Under the pieces are notes generated by a model. The model ran no database searches and was not told where the DNA came from. It saw nothing but the letters and a program-made list of their open reading frames with translations. 64,000 nucleotides of DNA from an uncultured Bacteroidota bacterium. Lineage in GTDB: Bacteria; Bacteroidota; Bacteroidia; AKYH767-A; OLB10. The position numbers and the translations under genes were made by a program. The DNA is taken from positions 11,518 through 75,517 of the forward strand of contig CAINEC010000174.1 in the NCBI GenBank assembly GCA_903847585.1. The letters run 5' to 3'. This document shows positions 56,010-64,000 of this stretch, piece by piece; the first letter of the stretch is position 1; each line of letters begins with the position of its first letter.

Positions 56010-59000
56010 ATGACAAAAACTAACTTCACATCAAGCGGCTCCCAAGGGGGCTTTTGGCGTTGGTTGAAGGCATTGGCTCTTACCCTTGTGGTAGCCTTGC
56101 TTTCTTTCACTGCTGATGCGCAAAATGTCTTGGTTACAGCTACTGCAGGTACAACCTCAGGAAGCTATGCCACAGTGAGCGCTGCGTTTGCTGCTATCAA
56201 TGCAGGTACCCATCAGGGTGCTATTACCTTACAGGTGGTAGCTAACACTACTGAGCCAGGTGCTGTAACAGCATTGACTAAGAGCGGACCAACATCAAAC
56301 TACACAAGTGTATTAATTACCCCGTTTGGAGGTAACTATACAATTGGTGGAACCATTACAGCAAACCGTGCAATCATTGAATTGAGCGGAGCTGATAATG
56401 TAACAATTGATGGAGATGATCCAACAATCGCAGGAACAAGAAACTTAACAATTGGTTTCTCTTCAACAGCTGCAACGATTGCATCTTGTATCCGTGTGAG
56501 TTCAAACTCTACAACAGGTTTAGATGGTGCCAGCAATAACACAATTAAAAATTGTATTATCACCGGTAACCGTGTTTCTGGTGGTACTACTGCTACTTAT
56601 GGTATTAACACGTCGAACTATTCAACGACGTCATCTTCTACTGGAGGTTACTCTTCTTTAAATAATCGTTTTGAAAATAACTTAATCACTCGTTGTTACC
56701 ATGGTATATGGGCAGTGGGTGCTTCTGCTACTTATCCTAATACTGGACTTCAAATCATCAACAACGTGTTGGGTGATGGTACAGTTGCTGGTAATATTGG
56801 ATCCCGTGGTATCATTATGTCGTATACATCTGCTAACGAAGCAGGTTCTGCTATCGTTAGAGGTAACGAGGTTGTAGGAGTAGGTGATCCTGGTACAACA
56901 GGATATTCCGCTTCAATTTCAGGGATGGAGATTGGTACGGTTAACTTCGGTGCTAAAATCTACAACAACTATATTCATGATGTTAAGCAACCAACAACTG
57001 GTGGTTATGGTGCTTACGGTGTTTTATTCTCTGGTGCTACTTCATGTGATTCGATGCGTTTTTATAATAACATCATTACACGTATTACAGCATGTAATTA
57101 TACTGCAACTGCGCTTTCGTCATTTACCAATTATGGTGTTAAAATGACTGCAGGTTCGACCTTTGGTGATTTTAGCAATAATACCATTGTATTAAGTACA
57201 GCTAATCCAACTGGTACTTTTGTTAATCCTATTTCTTATGCTTTGTCATGTGATGTGAACGGTGTAAGATTGGTTAATTTTAGAAATAACATTATTGTTA
57301 ATACGAATGCATCAACCAATGCAATTGGTATGTATGTTAATAGTAATGCTATTTATACATCAAGTAATTATGCTGGTGGTCAAATATGGGATAAGAACTG
57401 CTACTGGGTACCTTCAGGTGCTCTAGGTTTTTCAGCTGCATCAACTCCGCAAACTACTTTCTCGGCTTGGAAAACAGCTGTTGGAAAAGATGGTACATCT
57501 TATAACATTAATCCTTCGTTTGTTTCTGCATCTGACTTACATATTAATGGGTCAGTCTCTTCTTTATTAGAGTCGGGTGGTATGGCAACTTCATTCAATA
57601 CTGACTTTGATGGACAAGCTCGTCCAGGTCCTGCAGGTTCTGTAAACGGTGGTGCATTATCATTTGATATTGGAGCCGATGAATTTGATGGGGTGCCTAT
57701 CATTCCAGTTTCAATTACAAGTGCATCTGCAACAGGAGCTTCTTGTACTGCTATTGCACATACGATTACTGCTACAGTTGTAGCTGGAACTAATGCAATT
57801 ACTTCAGTAGTTTTATCATACAACTTAAATGGTGTGGCGCAAACGCCAATTACCATGACAAATACAAGTGGTAATATTTGGGAAGCAACAATTGCTGCTG
57901 CTTCTCCTAGTAATGCTACTATAGCTTGGACAGTTACTGCAACAGATGCAGTATCAGCTCCAACTGCTTCTGGTTCTTATCAGGATGATGCATTATACGG
58001 AGTTGGTATGGCTACATCAGCAACACCAGCAACGGTGTGCGTGGGTACAACTTCTTCTGTTTCTGCTTCTCTTTATAATCCTTTAGCAGCACCTACAACT
58101 TATACTGTTCAGGCAGTAACAAATCCTACTACGGATGAAGATTTAGGTAACGTAACAATTACAAATGCTGCAACTTCTGCTGTATTATTAAATAACACTA
58201 CTACTTACAATTCATTAGCGGGTACTCTTGGTACTGCTACAGGAACTGCAGGTAGTTATGCTAATTATTTAACATTGGCAACTGTGCCTGTATCAGTAGG
58301 TACAACTTATAATTTCTCATTGAGTTCATTACAAGGAGCAACTGCTTATAACAATTCAATGGCAATTTATATTGACTATAACCGCGACGGTGACTTTGCG
58401 GATGCTGGTGAGAATGTTTATGTGGCTACTGTAAATACTTTGGGGGCGCATACAGAAACAGGTTCTTTCACTATCCCTGCAACTGCAAATAATGGTTTAA
58501 CTCGAATGCGTGTTATTGTTAACGAAGGTTTAATTACTTTGCCAACAATGTCCATCTCTTATGGAGAGCGTGAAGAATACATGTTAAATATTACATCATC
58601 TAACAATGGTGGTGGTGGTGGAATTCCATCATTAACGTATTCTTGGAGTGATGGAGCTTCAGTAGTTGGTACAACTCTAACAGTTGCTCCTACTGTTAAC
58701 GCTTCAACAACTTATACATTAACAGCTACAACAGCTAGTGGATGTACAATCACTGGAAACGTTTCAGTAACAGCTAATCCATTACCAGTTTTATCAGCAA
58801 CAACAACTGATGTTTTATGTAATGGTGGAAGTACTGGATCAATCACTGCTTCGGCAAGTGGTGCAACAGCTCCATATGCATTTACATTAAACGGTGCTAA
58901 CGGTAACTCAACTGGTTTATATCCAAGTTTAGCTGCTGGTACTTACTCGGTTAAAGTAACGGATGCAAACGGATGTTCAACTACATCAAGCTATACAGTA

Positions 59001-62000
59001 AATCAACCAACAGCACTTGTTGCTTCTGGTTCAACAGTTAGCGCTACATGTAATGGAGTAGCTGACGGATCAGTTTCATTCAGTGCTACTGGTGGAATTA
59101 CTCCTTATACTTATACATTAAATGGAACAGCTGCAACTTCTCCAGTTACTGGTTTAGCTGCTGGTTCATATGTAGTAGTAGCAACTGATTCTAATAGCTG
59201 TACTGCAACAACAACATTAACTGTTGCTCAGCCAGCAGTATTAGCAGCAACTGCAACTCCTGCAAGTGCAACTACATGTCCTTCAACAACAACTTCGGTT
59301 ATTGTTGCTGCAACAGGTGGTACTGCACCTTATACAGGTGAAGGTAGCTTTACACAAGGCATAAGTACACAATCTTATACTGTAACAGATGCTAACGGAT
59401 GTACAACATCTGCTTCTGCAACAGTAGGATTAGCTTCTTATACTGTAACAGCTTCTGCAGGTGCTAACGGATCTATTTCAGATGCGGGTGCAAATACAGT
59501 TAATTGTGAAGACAATAAGTCGTTTACAATTACTGCAAATGCTTGCTACCACATTGATGATGTATTAGTAAATGGCGTTTCAGTAGGTGCTGTTTCGTCT
59601 TATACATTTACGAATGTAACAGCAAACAATACAATTGCTGCTTCATTTGCAATTGATACTTATACAATCACTGCAACAGCTGCAGCTGGTGGAACAATCA
59701 CTGCTTCATCAACTCAGAATTGTGGTTCAAGTGTAACATACACTGTTACTCCTAATCCAGGTTATCAAATTGATAGTATCATCGTTAATGGTGTTACTAC
59801 ATCTTATCCTGCAGCAACATTAACTGCTTCTCAAGCATTTAATAATATCAGTGCTAATAATACAATTGATGCTTACTTCAGTATTGCTCCTTGTACTAAT
59901 CCTGCAGTGGTTACTGCCCCTGCAACAGCTTCTGTTTGTTCTGGTTTAAATTATACTTTAAGCGGATCAATCACAGGCGGTACAACAAGCGGTACATGGT
60001 CAACTTCAGGAACAGGTTTATTTGATGATTCAGCATTTGGAATTGGTACAATCTATACTCCATCTGCAGCGGATATCGCAGCAGGTACAGTAACGTTAAC
60101 ATTAACGTCTGCTGATCCTGATGGCGGAGATCCTTGTTCAATTGAGTCTGCTTCAACAATATTAACTATTAATACTACTCCTACGGTTGCAATTTCAGGT
60201 AACAGTTCTTATTGCGTTGGTGGTTCTACATCATTAACTGCAAGTGGAGCTGCTTCTTATGTATGGTCAACAACTGCAACAACTGCTGCAATTTCAGCTA
60301 CAGCTGGAACATATTCAGTAGTTGGAACTGCAGCTAATGGCTGTACTTCTTCTGCTTCTATTACAGTTACTGAAAATGCATTACCAACTGCTCCAGTAGT
60401 TTCTGCATCTGGTGCAACTACATTCTGTACAGGTGGTTCTGTAACATTAACATCTGATTATGTAGGTGGAAATACATGGAGTAACGCTGCAACAACGGAT
60501 GCCATCACAGTATCAACTACAGGATCTTATTCTGTAACATATACAGATGCTAACGGATGTTCAGCTACTTCTGCTGCAACTGCAGTGACAGTAAACGCAT
60601 CATCTGTAGCAATTACAGGTGCTACTTCTTATTGTATTGGCGGTTCATCAACTTTAACAGCTACTGCAACTCCAGCAGCTGTAAGTTATGCATGGTCATT
60701 TAACAGTACTGCTACTGATACAACAAATACTACTTCTGCAAATGCAGTAGGTGTTTATTCAGTAGTTACTACTGATGCTAACGGATGTACAGCTACTTCA
60801 AACGTAACAGTTTCTGAAGCTCCTGCATTTACAGTATCAGTAACAGGCGATTGTTCATCATGGGTTGCTGGAAATACAAATGTATTAACAGCTACTCCTT
60901 CAATTGCTGGAACATTTACTTATTCATGGAATGGTGGATTAGGCACTGCAGTTACTGCAAATGCTACTTTACCAGGAACATATACTGCTACAGTTACTGA
61001 TCAATATGGTTGTACTGCAACTGGATCTTTAACATTTGCAGGAAGTGCTTTAAGTGGTACATATTCAATTGGTGCTGGTTGTGGTTCATTCCCAACAGTA
61101 GCAAGTGCGATTACACATTTAAATACTTATGGTGTTAGCGGAAACGTTACAATCAACGTTCCTGCTGGTTATACTGAAACGGCTCCAACTGGTGGATATC
61201 AATTAAAAATGTGTGCGCTTGCTGCTAACTTGCAGTCAGGTCCTGCACAAACAATTACTATCCAGAAATCAGGTGCGGGTGCTAATCCAGTATTAACAGC
61301 TCCAGTTGGTGCATCAACATCAATCGATGGTATCTTCGTTATCACCGGTGCTGATAATGTAACAATCGATGGCATCAACTTAACAGAATCTGCTGGTAAT
61401 ACTACAGCTGCTACTCGTATGGAGTGGGGATATGCAGTATTGAAGTGCGATGGTAATAATGGAGCTAATAATGTTACAATCACTAATTGTAATATTGCTT
61501 TAGCTGCAGCATTTACAGCAGGTAATGGTATTTATGTAGCAAACCACGATAACTTAAGTACAACTGGTTTCACTAACTCAACTTATACGACAACTGCTCA
61601 AGCAGCTCGTAATAAAGTTTCCATTACAAATAACACGCTTAACAACTGTTATATAGGTATCCGTTTAGGTGCTAACCCGAATGTTGTTTCAACTACAGGT
61701 GAGTGTTTAAATGATACATTAAATAACATTTCAAACAATACGATCACTAACTTCGGTGGTGCTGCAACTTCAGCTTATGGTATCTATTACGGAAACAATC
61801 GTCAGATTACAATCCGTAGCAATACGATTAGTTCAAGTACAACAGCAACTAGTACAACATCTGCTGGTATCTATGCACTATCAGGAACATGGGCTACTAT
61901 CTGTGGTAACACGATTCAAAACATTGTATCATCTTCAACATTCTATGGTATCTACCATGCATTGTCAGGTGGTGATGCAACGAATCCGAATATTGTAAGA

Positions 62001-64000
62001 GTAGATAGTAACATTATTCAAACATGTACTCCAACAGCTGGTGGATTCTACGGTATCTATGGATCGTCAACAGGAGGTACTAATGCTCAGGTATCTACAA
62101 GCTACAATGAGTTTAGAAATCATACTTGGGCATCTACTTCTACTGCTACCATGTATGGTATGTACCAGTTCTTCTCTGGAACAAACATGACGAATAATTG
62201 TAACTACAACTTGGTTTACAACAACACATTACAAAACGCAAATACATTCTATGGTATTTACGGTTATGTAACAAGTGGTACTTACAACTGCCGTTACAAT
62301 AACATTCGCAATAACGTTTTAGCTCCTCTTGGTGGAATAGCATATATTATGTATGCAAGTTCTTCTAACGAGACGCATATCGATTACAACAACATTACGA
62401 ATAACCGTCGTGTTGTGCCTTCTACAGCAACTTCTGTAGGTACTACTTATGGGTTCTATGCTTTAGCTGGCTCTACATTGGCTGGAACTATTAATAACAA
62501 CGTAATTGATACTCTATACACCAGAGGTGTTCCTGGAACAGTTACATCATTAGTTTATGGATTATACTATAGCGGTACTTCAGCTGCAGGTAGTACAATT
62601 AATAATAACGTTGTTCGTAACATTACTACTCAAGGTACTTCTACAGGTAACCAAACTATCTATGCATCTTACTTTGCACCATCTGGTACAGGTAATATCA
62701 TTAAAGGAAACCGTATTGCACGTATCGGTACTACAACATCAACAACTGGTATCTCAACAGACGCTCAGTTCGGAGGTTCAATGAACACTTTCGTTGTTGG
62801 TGCACAGTTAGCAGGTTCAACTACTGCGGGTGTAACTAAGTTTTTTGATGGTAATACATTTAACACAATAGTTGCTGGTGGATCGAATGGTATTGCTCGT
62901 GGTATCTGGGTAACAACAGGTCAAGATTGGAATATCTATAACAATGCTATTAGCCGTGTTAATTCGCCATTCTCAAGTCCTACAACTGCTCCTACTGCTT
63001 CAAGTTCTACTACAGTAACAACAGGTACAGCAGTTCACGGTATTGATATCGCGAATGCTACTGCTGGTAATAACTATTATGTTTATAACAATACAGTTTA
63101 CTTAACAGGTGCTGGTGGTGGAGCTAACTTTGCTTCTTCTGGTATCCATGCTAACGTAACTCCAAATGTTACATTGGTAAATAACTTAGTAATTAATAAC
63201 ATTACTTCTGGTGGGTCTCAGGCTTCTGTAGCATACCGTCGTAGTGGTGCGGCATTAACTACTTACCAAACTGCTTCAGACTACAACTTATTCTATGCTG
63301 GTACGCCAGGAGCAACTAAGTTGATTTATGGTGAAGGTGTTGGTGCAACAACTAATGCTAAACAAACATTAGCAGACTTCAAAGCATTTGTAGGTCCTAC
63401 TCGTGACGCAAGCTCACGTACAGAAACAACAACTCCGTTTGTTGATGCAGCTAATGACTCATTATTACATATTGCTGCTACTACTGCAACATTCGTTGAA
63501 GGTGGTGGTAAGCCTTATCCGGCAACAGCATTAACAACGGATATCGATGGTCAAACTCGTAATTTAACTGCCCCTGATATCGGAGCTGACGAAGGAAACT
63601 TTGTAAGTTTATTACCTTCTATTGCTTCTGCAACTGCAAGCCCGGCTATTGGTCAGTGTACTGCAGCAGATCATACAGTAACTGTAGTAACAAGTGCATC
63701 TGTAACAGGTGTAACATTAAACTACTCTTACAATGGTACTGCTCAAACTCCACTAGTAATGTCTAACGGTGGTTCAGGTTCTACTTGGACGGCTGTTATT
63801 CCAGCAGCTACATCTCCAGTTAACGCAACGGTTACTTGGTCTGTATCTGCTACAGATGGAATTTATACAGTAGGTGCTAATGGAGCTTCTTACCAAGATG
63901 CTTACTTAACAGGTGTAACGGTAGGTGCTATTGCATCTCCAACAGAGGTATGTTTAGGTTCTTCTACTAATTTAATCGCAGGAAGTGCTAACTCGCCGAG
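56010..64000 (+). CDS. Giant cell-surface adhesin-like protein (5' 2663 codons; open at the right window edge)
   Basis: ATG at 56010 (MTKTNFTSSGSQGGFWRWLKALALTLVVALLSFTADAQ signal peptide). I translated about 30 sequence lines across the gene by hand in this frame and found no stop, and the frame is still open at 64000. Modules: beta-helix A (~56120-57700, ending DFDGQARP...DIGADEF); Ig-like (~57700-58020); GEVED-like (TRMRVIV...SYGEREEYMLNI, ~58090-58600); SprB-type repeats; two InlB-B-like repeats (~59431-59885); four Ig-like repeats; beta-helix B (~61040-63610, ending DIDGQTRN...DIGADEG). It is absent from the ORF track because it lacks a stop. Confidence 0.9.
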   Translation, partial: MTKTNFTSSGSQGGFWRWLKALALTLVVALLSFTADAQNVLVTATAGTTSGSYATVSAAFAAINAGTHQGAITLQVVANTTEPGAVTALTKSGPTSNYTSVLITPFGGNYTIGGTITANRAIIELSGADNVTIDGDDPTIAGTRNLTIGFSSTAATIASCIRVSSNSTTGLDGASNNTIKNCIITGNRVSGGTTATYGINTSNYSTTSSSTGGYSSLNNRFENNLITRCYHGIWAVGASATYPNTGLQIINNVLGDGTVAGNIGSRGIIMSYTSANEAGSAIVRGNEVVGVGDPGTTGYSASISGMEIGTVNFGAKIYNNYIHDVKQPTTGGYGAYGVLFSGATSCDSMRFYNNIITRITACNYTATALSSFTNYGVKMTAGSTFGDFSNNTIVLSTANPTGTFVNPISYALSCDVNGVRLVNFRNNIIVNTNASTNAIGMYVNSNAIYTSSNYAGGQIWDKNCYWVPSGALGFSAASTPQTTFSAWKTAVGKDGTSYNINPSFVSASDLHINGSVSSLLESGGMATSFNTDFDGQARPGPAGSVNGGALSFDIGADEFDGVPIIPVSITSASATGASCTAIAHTITATVVAGTNAITSVVLSYNLNGVAQTPITMTNTSGNIWEATIAAASPSNATIAWTVTATDAVSAPTASGSYQDDALYGVGMATSATPATVCVGTTSSVSASLYNPLAAPTTYTVQAVTNPTTDEDLGNVTITNAATSAVLLNNTTTYNSLAGTLGTATGTAGSYANYLTLATVPVSVGTTYNFSLSSLQGATAYNNSMAIYIDYNRDGDFADAGENVYVATVNTLGAHTETGSFTIPATANNGLTRMRVIVNEGLITLPTMSISYGEREEYMLNITSSNNGGGGGIPSLTYSWSDGASVVGTTLTVAPTVNASTTYTLTATTASGCTITGNVSVTANPLPVLSATTTDVLCNGGSTGSITASASGATAPYAFTLNGANGNSTGLYPSLAAGTYSVKVTDANGCSTTSSYTVNQPTALVASGSTVSATCNGVADGSVSFSATGGITPYTYTLNGTAATSPVTGLAAGSYVVVATDSNSCTATTTLTVAQPAVLAATATPASATTCPSTTTSVIVAATGGTAPYTGEGSFTQGISTQSYTVTDANGCTTSASATVGLASYTVTASAGANGSISDAGANTVNCEDNKSFTITANACYHIDDVLVNGVSVGAVSSYTFTNVTANNTIAASFAIDTYTITATAAAGGTITASSTQNCGSSVTYTVTPNPGYQIDSIIVNGVTTSYPAATLTASQAFNNISANNTIDAYFSIAPCTNPAVVTAPATASVCSGLNYTLSGSITGGTTSGTWSTSGTGLFDDSAFGIGTIYTPSAADIAAGTVTLTLTSADPDGGDPCSIESASTILTINTTPTVAISGNSSYCVGGSTSLTASGAASYVWSTTATTAAISATAGTYSVVGTAANGCTSSASITVTENALPTAPVVSASGATTFCTGGSVTLTSDYVGGNTWSNAATTDAITVSTTGSYSVTYTDANGCSATSAATAVTVNASSVAITGATSYCIGGSSTLTATATPAAVSYAWSFNSTATDTTNTTSANAVGVYSVVTTDANGCTATSNVTVSEAPAFTVSVTGDCSSWVAGNTNVLTATPSIAGTFTYSWNGGLGTAVTANATLPGTYTATVTDQYGCTATGSLTFAGSALSGTYSIGAGCGSFPTVASAITHLNTYGVSGNVTINVPAGYTETAPTGGYQLKMCALAANLQSGPAQTITIQKSGAGANPVLTAPVGASTSIDGIFVITGADNVTIDGINLTESAGNTTAATRMEWGYAVLKCDGNNGANNVTITNCNIALAAAFTAGNGIYVANHDNLSTTGFTNSTYTTTAQAARNKVSITNNTLNNCYIGIRLGANPNVVSTTGECLNDTLNNISNNTITNFGGAATSAYGIYYGNNRQITIRSNTISSSTTATSTTSAGIYALSGTWATICGNTIQNIVSSSTFYGIYHALSGGDATNPNIVRVDSNIIQTCTPTAGGFYGIYGSSTGGTNAQVSTSYNEFRNHTWASTSTATMYGMYQFFSGTNMTNNCNYNLVYNNTLQNANTFYGIYGYVTSGTYNCRYNNIRNNVLAPLGGIAYIMYASSSNETHIDYNNITNNRRVVPSTATSVGTTYGFYALAGSTLAGTINNNVIDTLYTRGVPGTVTSLVYGLYYSGTSAAGSTINNNVVRNITTQGTSTGNQTIYASYFAPSGTGNIIKGNRIARIGTTTSTTGISTDAQFGGSMNTFVVGAQLAGSTTAGVTKFFDGNTFNTIVAGGSNGIARGIWVTTGQDWNIYNNAISRVNSPFSSPTTAPTASSSTTVTTGTAVHGIDIANATAGNNYYVYNNTVYLTGAGGGANFASSGIHANVTPNVTLVNNLVINNITSGGSQASVAYRRSGAALTTYQTASDYNLFYAGTPGATKLIYGEGVGATTNAKQTLADFKAFVGPTRDASSRTETTTPFVDAANDSLLHIAATTATFVEGGGKPYPATALTTDIDGQTRNLTAPDIGADEGNFVSLLPSIASATASPAIGQCTAADHTVTVVTSASVTGVTLNYSYNGTAQTPLVMSNGGSGSTWTAVIPAATSPVNATVTWSVSATDGIYTVGANGASYQDAYLTGVTVGAIASPTEVCLGSSTNLIAGSANSP
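58806..59430 (+). repeat. Three SprB-type coding repeats within the giant gene
   Basis: Unit 1 is TDVLCNGGSTGSITASASGATAPYAFTLNG...GTYSVKVTDANGCSTTSSYTVNQP (58806-59009). Unit 2 is SATCNGVADGSVSFSATGGITPYTYTLNG...VVVATDSNSCTATTTLTVAQP (59010-59234). Unit 3 is degenerate (to ~59430). Confidence 0.8.
60171..61040 (+). repeat. Four tandem ~70-aa Cys-containing Ig-like coding repeats within the giant gene
   Basis: Each unit has (Y/F)C.GGS..LTA... and ends ..(T)(D/A)ANGC(T/S).(T/S)S...(I/V)TV. Approximate unit boundaries are 60171, 60387, 60600, 60827 and 61040. Confidence 0.75.

Noticed and set aside
56336-62784. Track ORFs inside the giant gene: 56336-56563(-), 56884-57147(+), 57500-57856(-), 59971-60159(-), 61199-61483(-), 61756-61998(+), 62146-62343(-), 62557-62784(+)
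   Set aside because: All are in other frames or antisense to a continuous 8-kb reading frame with clear domain content. Their peptides are low-complexity by-products of the biased codon composition.
1-64000. Search for mobile elements, prophage genes, toxin-antitoxin pairs, restriction-modification, CRISPR-Cas or other known defence systems, and for tRNA/rRNA
   Set aside because: No ORF shows transposase, integrase, nuclease/helicase/methylase or Cas motifs. No intergenic region is long or structured enough for an rRNA, and none folds into a recognisable tRNA cloverleaf by eye.

Overview
AT-rich Bacteroidota-type chromosomal window. The phylum call rests on T9SS C-terminal sorting domains, SprB-type repeats, a CarboxypepD_reg TonB-dependent receptor, Y_Y_Y/LytTR signalling and a FISUMP lipoprotein. 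I saw no rRNA, tRNA, CRISPR array, transposase or integrase. Layout: (1) 1-5565, a minus-strand glycan operon with a Wzx flippase, a Wzy-like polymerase and four sulfotransferases, one cut by the left edge. (2) 5818-19474, a plus-strand secreted-protein locus around a TonB-dependent receptor. It holds four paralogues sharing a ~250-aa N-terminal domain I cannot assign, a FISUMP lipoprotein, a beta-helix-like protein, cohesin-/dockerin-like modules and four T9SS C-terminal domains. (3) 19477-22792, an LpxH-like / glycosyltransferase / GH1 operon. (4) 23007-26631, a cysC-cysD-cysN-cysQ operon for PAPS supply. (5) 26854-35164, a YceI gene, a propeller/Y_Y_Y LytS-type kinase and a LytTR regulator, followed by a cluster of lipoprotein c-type cytochromes, a second YceI and a DUF5777-like barrel. 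(6) 35232-52287, a 17-kb minus-strand exopolysaccharide locus (Wzc, ABC exporter, WecB, FemAB-like, methyltransferase, deacetylase-like/GT2 fusion, GTs, Wzy, acetyltransferase), divergent from gmd-fcl at 52562-54609. (7) 54611-55014, an octamer plus hairpin repeat array. (8) 55501-64000, a small secreted protein followed by a giant adhesin gene of at least 2663 codons with beta-helix, GEVED and SprB-repeat modules. This gene is open at the right edge and is missing from the supplied ORF track. The best candidates for something undescribed are the TonB-receptor locus with the unknown paralogous domain, the cytochrome/YceI/barrel cluster, and the multi-sulfotransferase + PAPS + GDP-fucose glycan machinery. 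All family assignments come from motif recognition by eye; no database search was run.
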